Made by a program: the position numbers and the translations under genes. This document shows, in pieces, positions 18,360-33,816 of a DNA stretch of 64,000 nucleotides. Each line of letters opens with the position of its first letter. The stretch's first letter is position 1. The DNA lies in assembly GCA_963812605.1 (NCBI GenBank), contig CAWEWF010000004.1, positions 256,001 to 320,000 on the forward strand, written 5' to 3'. The DNA is from an uncultured Verrucomicrobiae bacterium (lineage in GTDB: Bacteria; Verrucomicrobiota; Verrucomicrobiia; Palsa-1439). Below the pieces are notes generated by a model that was not told where the DNA came from, made no database searches, and saw nothing but the letters and a program-made list of their open reading frames with translations.

Positions 18360-19240
18360 CGCAAGGCCTTCTGGACGTCCCAGTGGCTTCGCTGCAATCG
18401 CTCGCGCGCCTGCTCTTCACTACACCGCTTGAGAGTCGCGACAATGCGGCACGCCCGCACGCGCAGTTTCTCGTTCGTTGGTTTCAAGTCCACCATCAGG
18501 TTACTGGCGACCTTGCCAAGTCGAATCATGGCGATCGTCGTCAGCATGTTCAGCACAAGCTTGGTGGCCGTCCCGGCCTTCAGTCGTGTTGAACCCGTGA
18601 TCACTTCCGGCCCGGTTCGAAAAAAGAGCGGCGTGTGGTTCTGGGATCGTGGTGGGGAAAAACACAGCAGAAACGTCTTCGCGCCTTTCCGTTTGGCCTC
18701 GTCCAGCGCGCCCAGTACGAACGGCGTCGAACCGCTGGCCGCGATGCCGATGACAACATCGCGCCGGCCAACGCCGCGCGCTCGCACGGCTTCCGCACCC
18801 GCCGCGGGGTCGTCCTCGGCGCCTTCCACGGCGGTGTGCAATGCTGTGGCGCCACCGGCGATGATTGCCTGCACCTTCTCGGGGTCAGTCGAGAAAGTAG
18901 GTGGGCATTCGCTGGCATCCAGGACCCCCAACCGTCCGCTCGTTCCCGCGCCGATGTAGAACAATCGCCCGCCGCGCTGAAACGCGCGGACAATGTCCTT
19001 GATCGCCCGCGCAATCACGCGTTTGTTCTTCCGCAGCGCAGGAATCACACGGGCTTCCTCGTTCAGCATCGTATCGATGAGTCGCGACACAGACCGCTTG
19101 TCCAAATCCATCGTCCGTGGATTACGCTGCTCGGTCAAAGACAATGGCGAAGGCTGCAATTTGAAAGCGGAATCAGCGCGTGTTGGCTTTACGCCGGCTA
19201 ACACCAGCGCCCCGGCCGCCGACTCGCGCTTCGGCGACAA
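18356..19240 (-). CDS. murQ: N-acetylmuramic acid 6-phosphate etherase, probably the C-terminal half of a kinase-MurQ fusion
   Basis: TEQRNP, GAGTSGRLGVLDASECPPTF and GPEVITGSTRLKAGTATKLVLNM motifs. Confidence 0.93.
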   Translation of the reverse strand: MSPKRESAAGALVLAGVKPTRADSAFKLQPSPLSLTEQRNPRTMDLDKRSVSRLIDTMLNEEARVIPALRKNKRVIARAIKDIVRAFQRGGRLFYIGAGTSGRLGVLDASECPPTFSTDPEKVQAIIAGGATALHTAVEGAEDDPAAGAEAVRARGVGRRDVVIGIAASGSTPFVLGALDEAKRKGAKTFLLCFSPPRSQNHTPLFFRTGPEVITGSTRLKAGTATKLVLNMLTTIAMIRLGKVASNLMVDLKPTNEKLRVRACRIVATLKRCSEEQARERLQRSHWDVQKALR

Positions 19241-20071
19241 AAATGCGCGCGCGCGGGAAAAGCATTCGCAGCCGATGCGTGACCATATAGCGGAATCGCC
19301 TGTGTTTGGTCAGCAGCCCGCCCACAAGGGCAATGTCAGGATTGCCGAGCCCAAGTTTCCTCGCCACGGCTTCGCAATCCATCGCCAGAAATGATGCGGC
19401 TTGCAGAGTCAGCCGGCTGCCGTCTTCATCGAGGAACTCGGTGGCCAACGCGGCGACCTCCGCTTTGTTCGCGATTTGGATCCAATCGACCAATTCGTCG
19501 GGTGAGTTCAGGCAAAGACGGCGCAGCACGCGACGCAGCGCAGGGGTTATCATGCCGCGACGATCGTGCTCGCGGACGGCCGCGCGCAGACCGGTCAAGG
19601 CGATCCAATAGCCACTGCCGTGGTCGCCGAGCAGGTGGCCCCAGCCGCCGGCCCGCGCGACTTGTTTGCCGTTGCGACCCATGACGCAGGAGCCGGTGCC
19701 GCTGATCACGAGGATGCCTGCGGCGTCCAGGCCGAATGCCGCCGCGAAGCCGGAATCCAAATCGCTGCCGACATAAACGGGCACACGCGGCCAGATCCGC
19801 TCGGCCAGCGCACGAACACGCGCCTGGTCGGCAACCGTGCGACAACCGGCAAGGCAGAGCGACCAGGACGAAGGACGAAGGGCAGCACGTTTCTTGATCT
19901 CATCGGAGCCGTTGAAGAACGTCTCGCATCGGAAGACAGTTTGAGATTGAGGGGGCCAAGTTCGAAGCGCTTGCGAATCCGGCCGCGCGCGTCGGCAAGC
20001 AGCGCGACGGTGCGCGTGCCACCGCCTTCGATGCCCAGGAAAAATGATCCGGCTTTCGGGTCCCCACCCAT
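19190..20071 (-). CDS. BadF/BadG-family N-acetylglucosamine/MurNAc kinase domain, several frameshifts
   Basis: LGIEGGGTRT, SDLDSG, ISGTGS and RAGGWGHLLGDHGSGYWI motifs spread over different frames. Confidence 0.85.
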
Positions 20072-20092
20072 GCGGCGGGAATGTTAGCAGAT

Positions 20093-21320
20093 TCAGGCCG
20101 TGAGCGGCAAGTAGACGCTGAACGTGGTGCCGAGCGAGACGGTGCTGCGCACGTCGATGGCGCCGCCGTAACGGGACACGAGTTCGCAGGTGATGGCCAG
20201 GCCGAGGCCGGTCCCTTCCTTCTTGCTCGTGAAGTAGGGCTGAAAAATTTTGCTGATGTTCTCAGGCTCGATACCGGAACCGTTATCGGCCACGGAGAGC
20301 TTCACCAGCGGTCGCTGCGGATCGAAGGTCTCCGAGCGGAAGGCCCATTCGGAGGGCACGGAAGTGGCGCGCATCGCGGACAACTGCAGCGTTCCATTCC
20401 CGTTCATCGCGTGCAGCGCATTCACGCCAAGATTGATGAGCACCTGCAGGATTTCCGCGGGATTCACCTTCAACTGCGGATCCGGATCGCCGGAGGTGAA
20501 GGAAATTTCGGCGCCGTGGTTGGACGGATGCGCCTTGATCAACGCCGCCGCGTCTTCCAGCAGCCGACGGGCACCGATGATCTCCATGGACCTCCTGGGG
20601 ACTCCGTGAAAAATTCAAAAAGCGTCGGGCGATGTCCTTGCAACGATCGATCTCACGCTGAATCGAGGAGAGACGCTGGCGCACATGCTGCGCGGTTTCC
20701 TGGTCGGCCATGCCAAGCGCCGCGAGGTCACGGCCGAGCAAATCGGTGTAACCCGCAATGATCGCCAGCGGGTTGTTCATCTCGTGCACCACGCCGGCCG
20801 AGAGCACGCCGGCTTCCACGGCCCGGTTGAGTTGCGCCAATTCCTGCCCGAGATCCGCATTGGTCTGTTCCAGCGTGCGGACATTTTCTTCCGCGGCGAG
20901 CTTCTCCTGGCGCCGCTTCATGCATTTATCGAGCACCTCGCGGACCGAGAACACATCGAAGGGCTTGTTAAGGTAATCCGCCGCGCCGAACCGCACCGCC
21001 GCGCGGGCGGTCTCGATGGTTTCGTAACCCGTGAGCATGACGCATTCGGTATCGGGATCGATTTCCTTCAACTCGCGCAGGACATCCACGCCAGACAGGT
21101 CCGGCATCTTGATGTCGAGAATGGCGGCGTCCACGGTGTGCGTGCGGGCGTACTCAATGCCCTCACGACCGCAGGTGGCGATGACGCATTGATAACGGTC
21201 TTTGAAAACAATCCGCAACGATTCGCGCGGGCCGGGCTCATCATCCACGATCAGCAAAGTCGGTTTCTCCGCCGCCTTGGCTGGCGTTGGTTCTGCCGCG
21301 AGTGTGTCGAATGCTGCCAT
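20093..21320 (-). CDS. Hybrid receiver-domain / histidine kinase, frameshift near 20600
   Basis: REC domain (LIVDDE, LDIKMP, KPF), H-box VHEMNNPL; HATPase motifs (NALHA, DNGSGI, GTGLGL) in a second frame. Confidence 0.9.
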
Positions 21321-21336
21321 GGTGGCCCTCTATTTT

Positions 21337-22548
21337 TTAAAACTTCAAGCTGCTGGTGACCATTACCTGCTGGCTGTGGCCCACCCACGTGCCATCTGCG
21401 GCGGAACCGTTGCTGACCGTGCGATCCTCCGACAAACTGTATTGGTACACGAGGTCGATACTGATGCGCTTCGTGGAATAGCCTCCGCCGACGCTAAACA
21501 CGTGCCGGTTCGCGTCGGGTACCGACGGCGAAAACGTGCTATTGGGAACCGTGTTTATCGAGTAAATATAGCCACCGCGCACCGTCCAGTGCTCGGTGAT
21601 TTCGTACTGCGCGCCAAATTCATAGTACCAGCTATCCAGCCAGCGAAACGGAATCGTCGTTCCATTGAAGGCGGCCCCCGTCGCGCGCAATTTGAGACTG
21701 TTCAGTGTCTCCCAGTTGATCCATTCAACGTCGGCTTCCAGTTTCAATTTCGGGATCGGTCGATATGCATAACCGCCTTTGACAAACTGGGGAAATGGAA
21801 GGTCCGCGCTGGAGCTGGCGGTCTGGTTGCCAATCGGCGTCTTTAACGTGGCATCGCCCGTAAAGTTGATGTCAAATGGACTGCGGTAGAGGAGGCCGAT
21901 CGCGTGCTGCGGCGTGATTTTCCAAAGCAAACCTGCCGTGGCGCCGAAGGCGTCTCCCTTCCCGCCAAAATGGAGATTGCCATCCGGGAGGCCGGTGAAC
22001 GGAACCTTTTGACTCAAACGGGTGTCGCCAATGTAGGCATCCAGTCCGACGCCAAGCGACAACTGATCGTTGACCTTGTAGGCCACCGTCGGCTGGATGT
22101 CGTAAACCACCAGGCTGGCGGACGTGACAAGGTAACGGAACGGACCGGTTTTGGAATAATCGGAGGCATTTCCAAAGGGAATCGTGAAGCCAAGGCCAAA
22201 CCGCCACGGAGATTGTTTCAAGCCGAAGTCTGTCGCGGCATACAGTTGCGGGATCGTGGACATCGTGTTCATCTCTGCGCCCGAACCGCCTCCCTTGAGA
22301 CGTGAATTGGGAAATGTGAGCTCCAGTCCCGAGGTGATTTCCGTACCCGACAATTGGGTCAGACCCGCGGGATTGTAATAAATTGCCGACGCGTCATCCG
22401 CCTGGGCAACGAAAGCTTCGCCTTGCGCCGTGGCCCGCGCGTCCTGATCGGGGTTGTCAAAGCCAAGTGCGAACGCCTGAGGAGTGGCAACAACGCCGAT
22501 CGCTGCCGATACCATCGCGCTGAGCACCGCTTGCCTGAGTTTTTTCAT
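21337..22548 (-). CDS. OmpP1/FadL family outer-membrane transporter for hydrophobic compounds
   Basis: Signal peptide, AQADDASAIYYNPAGL hatch motif, VPDANR, C-terminal Phe. Confidence 0.92.
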   Translation of the reverse strand: MKKLRQAVLSAMVSAAIGVVATPQAFALGFDNPDQDARATAQGEAFVAQADDASAIYYNPAGLTQLSGTEITSGLELTFPNSRLKGGGSGAEMNTMSTIPQLYAATDFGLKQSPWRFGLGFTIPFGNASDYSKTGPFRYLVTSASLVVYDIQPTVAYKVNDQLSLGVGLDAYIGDTRLSQKVPFTGLPDGNLHFGGKGDAFGATAGLLWKITPQHAIGLLYRSPFDINFTGDATLKTPIGNQTASSSADLPFPQFVKGGYAYRPIPKLKLEADVEWINWETLNSLKLRATGAAFNGTTIPFRWLDSWYYEFGAQYEITEHWTVRGGYIYSINTVPNSTFSPSVPDANRHVFSVGGGYSTKRISIDLVYQYSLSEDRTVSNGSAADGTWVGHSQQVMVTSSLKF

Positions 22549-22610
22549 CGTACTGTCCTCCTGCACCGACCTGTTTGGCCCCCAACAACGAGGCTGCGGA
22601 TTCATAACTA

Positions 22611-22625
22611 GCAATGGTTATGCCA
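22611..22625 (-). promoter_or_regulatory. Sigma54 -24/-12 promoter for the fadL-like gene
   Basis: Minus strand reads TGGCAT-AACCA-TTGC, about 60 nt upstream of the start and directly downstream of a sigma54 activator gene. Confidence 0.8.
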
Positions 22626-22767
22626 TGGCGCAAAAAGCGTGGAACGGGGGTGCAAAGGCATTGGGAGGGCCGCCTTTCGGATGGAAAGAAACGATTCACG
22701 TGCCCGTGGGTCAACTGTGCGCAAAATTGGCCAGTTTCTCCGTTCGTCCGGGACAAGTTTGGCTACG

Positions 22768-24246
<1,479 letters not shown>

Positions 24247-24328
24247 CTCTCCTTTGCCTCCTTAAATTGCGATCAACTTATCCACCGCCCGTCCCGCGAC
24301 CTTTCGCGGCCGCATCCCCGTCACGGCT

Positions 24329-26656
24329 TTATGACTCGTCCGACTTCCGGCCCGCATCCGCACTCCAACGGTCTGCAATGCGGTTGCGCACCGCGCGGGC
24401 ATCTTCCGGGCCCGGCGGCGAGGCCGATGCTTCCGTCCGCAAATTCTCCCGCAACAACTCATCGTCAGGATGCGGCTGCGCCTGAAGCGGCAGCACCATC
24501 ACAATCGTCGTCCCGCGGCCCAGCAAACTGTCGATTTCCAGCCGTCCCCCGTGCCGTTCGACGATCTTCTTCACAATCGTCAACCCCAGTCCCACGCCGA
24601 CATTGCGCGTGGTCACGAACGGTTCCGTCACACGCCGCAGGTCCTCCAGGGCGATCCCGCCGCCGGTGTCCTGCCATTCCAACCGCACTCCGCCGCCCGC
24701 CGGCGGATTGCCATCGGGGAAGTCGGCGCGCTGCGCATCGGTGGTGCTAATGGTCAGCCGGCCACCCTGCGGCATCGACTGCACCGCGTTGCGCAACACA
24801 TGCTCGAACGCCTGTAACAGCCGGATGCGGTCGCCTTCCAGCCGCGCAAATTTGTGCGCGAAATTCTTCTTCACGGTCACCACGGGCGCCTGGGACGGTT
24901 CGGGCGCCTTCTCCCCCACGCCGATGAGGTGCGCCACCTGCTTGCGGCCGAATTCCTGCGTGACATTCTTGACGCACGTCTCAATAACGTCGCTGAGCAC
25001 GAGCTCCTCATTCACCAACAGCAGCGGATGGGCGAAGAAGGTCAGGTTATTGACCAGCACATCCACCCGGTTCACTTCGTTGGTCACCGTCGTGCTGAAC
25101 TGCTCGCGAAACTCCTTGTCGTCATGTCGCTCCGGCAGCAGTTGCGCAAAAATCTTGATCGATACCAGCGAATTCTTCAGCTCGTGCGACAGCCGCGCCG
25201 CCAGGCGCGTAAAAAACTCCTTGTCGGCCAACTCGCGGGTGCGCGCCTGCTGCAAGCGGACCTGCGTCAGGTCCTCAATCAGCGCGACCGCAATCCAACC
25301 GTTTTCTCCCGTCGCCGCGTTGCCCGCGGTCATGGCAAAACGGGTGGCGCTGACGCCAAGCGGACGATGTCCCGGAGGCAATACCACTTCTCGCTGGTGG
25401 ATCTCGCGGCCGGTCTGGAGCGCCTCAAACACCACATCGGCCACGCGACTCGGCAAATGCCGGCTATCCTGGCCGACGATTACCTTGCCACCCAATTCCA
25501 GCAATTCGCTGGCACGGCGATTGACGGCGAGAATGCGGCTGTTTTGCCCAATGACAATCACGCCCGTTTGTACATGGGCCAATACTTCGTTGACAAACCG
25601 TTGTTGGCCGGCAATCCGGTCGCGCAAATGCAGGTTGCGGACTGCCTGCGCGAGCTGCGCCATCAAATAGTAAACCAGTTCCAATTCCTCACCGGCCAGG
25701 GGCTCGCCGGTGATCTTGCCGCTGAACGTCAGGACACCCAGCAACTGGTCGTCATCGAAAATTGGCACGGCCACCTCGGTGCCCAGCACTTCGAACTCCC
25801 GGGCAATCTCCGGGTCGTAGTCAAACGCCAGTGAATCCGCCACCTGGTTTCGCCGGAGAATCCTGGCTTCCCGCGCCAGGTACGCGCCAATGCCTGAATC
25901 AATACTCAACCGCAAGTGTTCGACAACGTGTTGCGCGAGACCGGCGCTGCGGGTGGCCGCGAATTGCCCGCCAGCCGGGGTGGATTGCCCGGCAAACAGG
26001 TCGCCGGACAACCGTCGCGTGAAGATCGCCACCTTGCCGACGCCGAGTAGTTCGCGCACCAGTCGCAGGAACTCCGCGAGGAGTTCGCCTTCGTCCACAT
26101 ACTGGCTGAGAATCCGCGAGAGGTCCTTCAACGCATCGCGGTACCGATACGCGTCGAAGGAAGCAACGCTGGTCGGGGTCGCCGCTGACCGGGGCTGCGG
26201 AACGGCTGTCGCCATCGGCGCGGCCACCTGTCGTTGGCGCGCCATCACGGCATCGACCCGCTTCAGCTTGGATTGCGCGTCACGCAATTCGAAAAACGTA
26301 CCCAAGGCCTGCTTCAAGCGGTCCGCGGAATCGGCTTGGGTGACGATCAACCAGCTCGACGGCATGGAACTCGCCACGCGTTGGGCGTCGGTGACGCGAA
26401 CGATGACAGCCTGGTGTTCCTGAAGGATTGATCCCGCAAGAGAATCGACCGCCCAACGGGTTGTTTCCCCCAGGGAAACAGCGTCCAGGATGACCGCATC
26501 CACGAGGCGCAGCCAGGTGGAGAAAAGCGCGTCGAATTGTTCCCGCGACGGTTCGGTCGGTGGCGGCAGCAAAACGATGTTCGTTTTCTCGCCCAGAATG
26601 TCCGTCAACAGCCGTTGTGTCTCGGCTGAATTAGTCAGCAGCAAAGCCGTTTTCAT
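24329..26656 (-). CDS. Cytoplasmic GAF/PAS histidine kinase
   Basis: GAF-like and PAS regions, SHELKNSL H-box, DTGGGI and GVGLGL; no obvious TM segment. Confidence 0.88.
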   Translation of the reverse strand: MKTALLLTNSAETQRLLTDILGEKTNIVLLPPPTEPSREQFDALFSTWLRLVDAVILDAVSLGETTRWAVDSLAGSILQEHQAVIVRVTDAQRVASSMPSSWLIVTQADSADRLKQALGTFFELRDAQSKLKRVDAVMARQRQVAAPMATAVPQPRSAATPTSVASFDAYRYRDALKDLSRILSQYVDEGELLAEFLRLVRELLGVGKVAIFTRRLSGDLFAGQSTPAGGQFAATRSAGLAQHVVEHLRLSIDSGIGAYLAREARILRRNQVADSLAFDYDPEIAREFEVLGTEVAVPIFDDDQLLGVLTFSGKITGEPLAGEELELVYYLMAQLAQAVRNLHLRDRIAGQQRFVNEVLAHVQTGVIVIGQNSRILAVNRRASELLELGGKVIVGQDSRHLPSRVADVVFEALQTGREIHQREVVLPPGHRPLGVSATRFAMTAGNAATGENGWIAVALIEDLTQVRLQQARTRELADKEFFTRLAARLSHELKNSLVSIKIFAQLLPERHDDKEFREQFSTTVTNEVNRVDVLVNNLTFFAHPLLLVNEELVLSDVIETCVKNVTQEFGRKQVAHLIGVGEKAPEPSQAPVVTVKKNFAHKFARLEGDRIRLLQAFEHVLRNAVQSMPQGGRLTISTTDAQRADFPDGNPPAGGGVRLEWQDTGGGIALEDLRRVTEPFVTTRNVGVGLGLTIVKKIVERHGGRLEIDSLLGRGTTIVMVLPLQAQPHPDDELLRENLRTEASASPPGPEDARAVRNRIADRWSADAGRKSDES

Positions 26657-27950
26657 GTCTCGCCGGTTTTTCGTTCGCGCTACTCGGTTCGCTGGCCTGC
26701 CCGTTCCGATACCGCTCGACAACAAGGGAGGTATTGCGGCCGCCGAACCCCAGGGAATTGCTCACCGCGACATTGACGCGACGGTGGCGGGCCGTGTTCG
26801 GAACGCAATCCAAATCGCACTCGGGATCCGGAAACTCATAATTGATCGTTGGTGGAATAATGTTGTCGCGGATGGCGAGGCAACAGGCCGCCAGTTCGAC
26901 CGAACCGCAGGCTCCCTGCATGTGCCCGAGCGCCCCCTTGAGCGAACTCATGGGCAAATTGTACGCGTGGTCGCCAAAAGCCTTCTTGACCACGGTCGTT
27001 TCCACCCGATCACCCAGTACCGTTGAAGTACCGTGCGCATTGAGATAATCCACTTGCTCCGGCCGTATCCCGGCGCGGGCCAGGGCCATTTGCAGGCAAC
27101 GCACCGCCTGCGTGCCGTCGGGATCCGGTTGGCACATGTGGTAGGCATCGCAGGTGGACGCCCAGCCGGTCAATTCGGCATAGATATGGGCGCCGCGGCG
27201 CAACGCATGCTCCAATTCCTCCACGACCAGCACCCCCGCACCCTCGGACATAACAAAACCGTCCCGCTTTCGGTCGAACGGACGGGAAGCCTGCGAGGGT
27301 TCGTCATTCCGCATGGAGATGGCGTGGCTGGTGCCAACCGCCGCGACAACAATGGGTTGAACCGGTGCTTCTGCCCCACCGGCCAGCATGACGTCCACAT
27401 CATTGGCCACGATCATGTCCGCTGCCTGGGCAATGGCTGCGCTGGCGCAATCGCAACCCGTTGCAATGGTCAGACTGGGCGCGTGAAGTCCGAGATGCAG
27501 TGAAACCTGCCCGCCGCACGACCCCGTGAACACGGCGATGCTCGTGTAGGCGCTCATCGCCTCAAAGCCCCTCGTCTTAAAGACATCGTACTCTTGCGAC
27601 GCGAATCCCCAGCCAGAGTACGCCGTGCCGATTGCCAGCCCGATGCGATTGCAGTCCTCCTTTTCCAGGTTCAACGCGGAATTCGTAATGGCCAGGTGCG
27701 ATGCGATAAGCCCGAATTGGGTGAATCGATCCATTCGTCGGATGTCCTTCCGCCCCAGCCAGTCTTCGGGTCGGAAGTCGCTCACTTCACCCGCCATCTT
27801 CCAGGGACAGTCGGATTTCACCAAAATGGGAGCGCGATCAACGCCTGATTTCCCGGCGAGGATATTGGCCCAAAACGCCTCCAGACCAATACCTACCGGG
27901 GTCAAAACATCCATCCCTGTAATAACGACCCTGCGTTTACTCATCGACAA
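26631..27950 (-). CDS. Beta-ketoacyl-ACP synthase II (FabF-like ketosynthase)
   Basis: RRVVITG, ATGCDCAS (catalytic Cys), NAHGTST, KGALGH and SLGFGGRN motifs. Confidence 0.9.
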   Translation of the reverse strand: MSMSKRRVVITGMDVLTPVGIGLEAFWANILAGKSGVDRAPILVKSDCPWKMAGEVSDFRPEDWLGRKDIRRMDRFTQFGLIASHLAITNSALNLEKEDCNRIGLAIGTAYSGWGFASQEYDVFKTRGFEAMSAYTSIAVFTGSCGGQVSLHLGLHAPSLTIATGCDCASAAIAQAADMIVANDVDVMLAGGAEAPVQPIVVAAVGTSHAISMRNDEPSQASRPFDRKRDGFVMSEGAGVLVVEELEHALRRGAHIYAELTGWASTCDAYHMCQPDPDGTQAVRCLQMALARAGIRPEQVDYLNAHGTSTVLGDRVETTVVKKAFGDHAYNLPMSSLKGALGHMQGACGSVELAACCLAIRDNIIPPTINYEFPDPECDLDCVPNTARHRRVNVAVSNSLGFGGRNTSLVVERYRNGQASEPSSANEKPARHENGFAAD

Positions 27951-28109
27951 CTTTCGCGTTGCATTAGCGGGTTACAAAAACGTCCCGCTGCGGGTTCGCA
28001 AACATTGCGAACCGCCTCCAGAAAAGTTCCCCTGTAAATTATAATAGCAGATTCCCTCACCGAGTAAAGAACTTCTTGGTGGATGACGGACAATTTTGTC
28101 CATCAGGGG

Positions 28110-30221
28110 CTACTTCAGCGGGAGATTGACCTGGAAGGTCGTGCCTTTGCCTTCGACGCTGGAGACGGTGATCGCACCACCATGGTCCCGAACGATTTTC
28201 TGGGAAATCGACAGGCCAAGGCCTGTACCCTCCTTTTTCGTCGTAAAAAACGGGTCGAAGAGGCGATTGCGGACGGCGGGCGGAATGCCGGAACCGTTAT
28301 CCGCGACTTCGATGACGGTGTATTTCTGGTCTCGATTGCCGTCGCCGTTGATATCGCGCTGGCTGACGCCCGAGGCAACGCGGATCTTGCCCTGGTCATG
28401 CGAGGCATCCGCCGCGTTGCTGAGCAAATTGACCAGCACCTGGAGGATCTGGTGCTTGTCCACATTGACGATTGGGTTCCCGTGGAACTCGCGGCTCAAC
28501 TCGATTCGTTTGCCTTTCAGGCGGGGTTGGACCAGCAGGATGGCTTCTTCGATGAGGTCGTTGGCAGGCTGTTCCTTGATGTTCACCTGCGCCGGCCGCG
28601 CGAAGGCCAGCATGCTCTCGATGACCTTCGTGATCCGATCGACATCCTTCAACACCAGTTTACTGAACTCATTTTTGAATTCAGGGTCATCCATCCGCTC
28701 GGGCATCAATTGCGCAAAGGTCTTGATGGATGCCAGCGGATTGCGAATCTCATGGGCCACGCCCGCCGCGATGGTGCCGAGCTCGATGAGACGGTTCTTG
28801 CGGGATACCTCGCTATCCATGCGGCGGTATTTCACGGCGAGGGCGACTTCCGTGGCGAGCGTTCCCAGCAGGCGCAGGTCACCGACAAAAAACATCTCGC
28901 GGCTCACCTTTTCGCCAAGACAAATCAAGCCCACGAGACGGTCATCCAGGATCATCGGCACGCCGATGGCGACGTTCAGCCGGTCCAACTCGGCGTCCAA
29001 TTGCTCTCGCAGCCACGCCGGTGCGCGCCGCGTCATTTCATCACGGACGAGCGCGTCCCGGTTGCCCAGCAGCCATTTCACGATCGGCGAATCTTCCTTC
29101 AGCAGCAGCGTTTCCACGTCATCCTGCGGGCCCAAACCGCTTTCCGCTTGCAGCCGGTAATCTCCCGAGAGTGGGTCCTGAAGGAGCACCAGAACGCGCG
29201 AAACCTGCATCTGGGAATGCAGGGTGGTGACGACGGCGCCAAGCACCTCTTCGATGGTCGACAGCGTGCTCAATTCCCTCACCAGGCCCGAGAGCGCATC
29301 CTGATAACCGTAACGGCCCGCGAACAACCGTTCCTGCATCATGCGCTCCGCGCGGGGCAACAGCTTGGGCAGGCTGACCATCAATCCCAGTCCAATCCCC
29401 ATCGCCAGTAGGAATGCGAACATCAACTGCTTCTCGTTCATGAACCCTGGCGCGACCAGCGCTACGCCCCCGATGAACACCAGGCTCACCGCCGCGATGA
29501 TGACCATCGTCACTACGTACAGAAATACGCGGGCGATAACGACGTTGTAATCCGCCAGCCGCGCCCTGACCATGACGTAGGCCAGAAACGCCAGGTTTAT
29601 GGGCAATACAAAAAAACCAACGGGTGCGATATTCAGATTGTACTCCAGGGGAACAATGATGGAGCTCGTTGTCAGGAAAACGATGAACCACGCGACAATG
29701 AAATAAGCCAGTTGCGTCCGCTTATAGCCCCTGGCTTCGGCCGCGCTGTGGATCGTGATCCCGATGCCGAGCAACTGCCAGATCACGGAGTGGCCAGCGA
29801 ATAGCGGATACCAAAACCGATTGTAGTGAATGTAATGCGCCATGGGGGGCGATAGTTTCAACCCCGTCACCAAATGCCCCTGCCAGAGCAGCACCAGGAA
29901 AAATACCGTCGCCGCGTAGGAGGCAAAGATCCACCACCGATAGCGCGGCAATTTTCCCACCATCGCGCCCAGCGTGTGAAACCAGAGCGGTTGCACCACC
30001 GTTGAAGCCGCCAGGGTTATCGTCGCCCACCGCAGCGCGTCCGCTCCCGCCATGGGACGAAAATACTGGGCGAATCCCACGAGCCACACGGCCAGCACGC
30101 ACATCGTCGCCCCGAACATCCGCCCCACCGTTTCGCGGCGGTTCTTGACGAACATCGCCATCGCCGCGGCCCAACTTACCAGCGCATTGAGCAGAACCAG
30201 GTAGAAATAAAATTGCGTCAT
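28110..30221 (-). CDS. Multi-TM (7TM-type) GAF sensor histidine kinase
   Basis: About 9 N-terminal TM helices, GAF region, AHEIRNPL, DNGSGI, FDPFFTTK and GTGLGL. Confidence 0.92.
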   Translation of the reverse strand: MTQFYFYLVLLNALVSWAAAMAMFVKNRRETVGRMFGATMCVLAVWLVGFAQYFRPMAGADALRWATITLAASTVVQPLWFHTLGAMVGKLPRYRWWIFASYAATVFFLVLLWQGHLVTGLKLSPPMAHYIHYNRFWYPLFAGHSVIWQLLGIGITIHSAAEARGYKRTQLAYFIVAWFIVFLTTSSIIVPLEYNLNIAPVGFFVLPINLAFLAYVMVRARLADYNVVIARVFLYVVTMVIIAAVSLVFIGGVALVAPGFMNEKQLMFAFLLAMGIGLGLMVSLPKLLPRAERMMQERLFAGRYGYQDALSGLVRELSTLSTIEEVLGAVVTTLHSQMQVSRVLVLLQDPLSGDYRLQAESGLGPQDDVETLLLKEDSPIVKWLLGNRDALVRDEMTRRAPAWLREQLDAELDRLNVAIGVPMILDDRLVGLICLGEKVSREMFFVGDLRLLGTLATEVALAVKYRRMDSEVSRKNRLIELGTIAAGVAHEIRNPLASIKTFAQLMPERMDDPEFKNEFSKLVLKDVDRITKVIESMLAFARPAQVNIKEQPANDLIEEAILLVQPRLKGKRIELSREFHGNPIVNVDKHQILQVLVNLLSNAADASHDQGKIRVASGVSQRDINGDGNRDQKYTVIEVADNGSGIPPAVRNRLFDPFFTTKKEGTGLGLSISQKIVRDHGGAITVSSVEGKGTTFQVNLPLK

Positions 30222-30258
30222 GGATTATCCGGCCAACGTAACGGTGGCCAGCGACCTG

Positions 30259-30873
30259 CTAACCCGGACCCGGGGCGGCGACGCGCTTCTCCTCCGTGCT
30301 GCGCCGCCCAATCCGCGGCGCCAATGCGCCGGCTTGTTTCCGATATTGCGCATAAGCATCGCCAAATTTCGCCGTCAGCGCCCGCTCTTCACAAAAAATT
30401 CGGGCGGCCAGCACGGGAAAGTACAACAGGAACACCAGGAGCAGGCTGTAGTAGCAATTCCCCACCAACGGAATCCCGATGAACTCCAAAACCACCGCCG
30501 CATAGGCTGGATGCCGAATGTATCGATAGGGCCCCTCGACAATCAGCCGATGCTGCGCGCGAATCTCCACATGCAGGCTCCAATAACGGCCCAGCGCGCG
30601 GATTGCCGCCAGCCGCAACATCAGCCCCCCCGCGAACATGACCAAGCCCAGCGCCGTCACCCACACCTGCAATCTCCGCTCCGCCCAGAAATATTCCACC
30701 GCTACCGACGCCAGCACTGCGATGTGTAAGACGTAAAACAAAGGCAACGACCATGCCTCTTGCTTCTGTCCACGTTCCGCACGACGGCTGGCCCTTGTTT
30801 CCCACAACCGTTCCACGGACACAAACACCAGAAATACAACAAATAACCAGTCGAAGTTCCCCATGTGACCCAT
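30259..30873 (-). CDS. Isoprenylcysteine carboxyl methyltransferase (ICMT) family protein
   Basis: LGRYWS, GPYRYIRHPAY, RIFCEERAL and FGDAY motifs. Confidence 0.9.
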   Translation of the reverse strand: MGHMGNFDWLFVVFLVFVSVERLWETRASRRAERGQKQEAWSLPLFYVLHIAVLASVAVEYFWAERRLQVWVTALGLVMFAGGLMLRLAAIRALGRYWSLHVEIRAQHRLIVEGPYRYIRHPAYAAVVLEFIGIPLVGNCYYSLLLVFLLYFPVLAARIFCEERALTAKFGDAYAQYRKQAGALAPRIGRRSTEEKRVAAPGPG

Positions 30874-30934
30874 TATAATGATTGGTGTTTTACAATTCAA
30901 AACATTAAAAACCCAGGCAGAGATACTCATTGTC

Positions 30935-33795
<2,861 letters not shown>

Positions 33796-33816
33796 TGGCC
33801 CTCTGGAGAGATCCTC

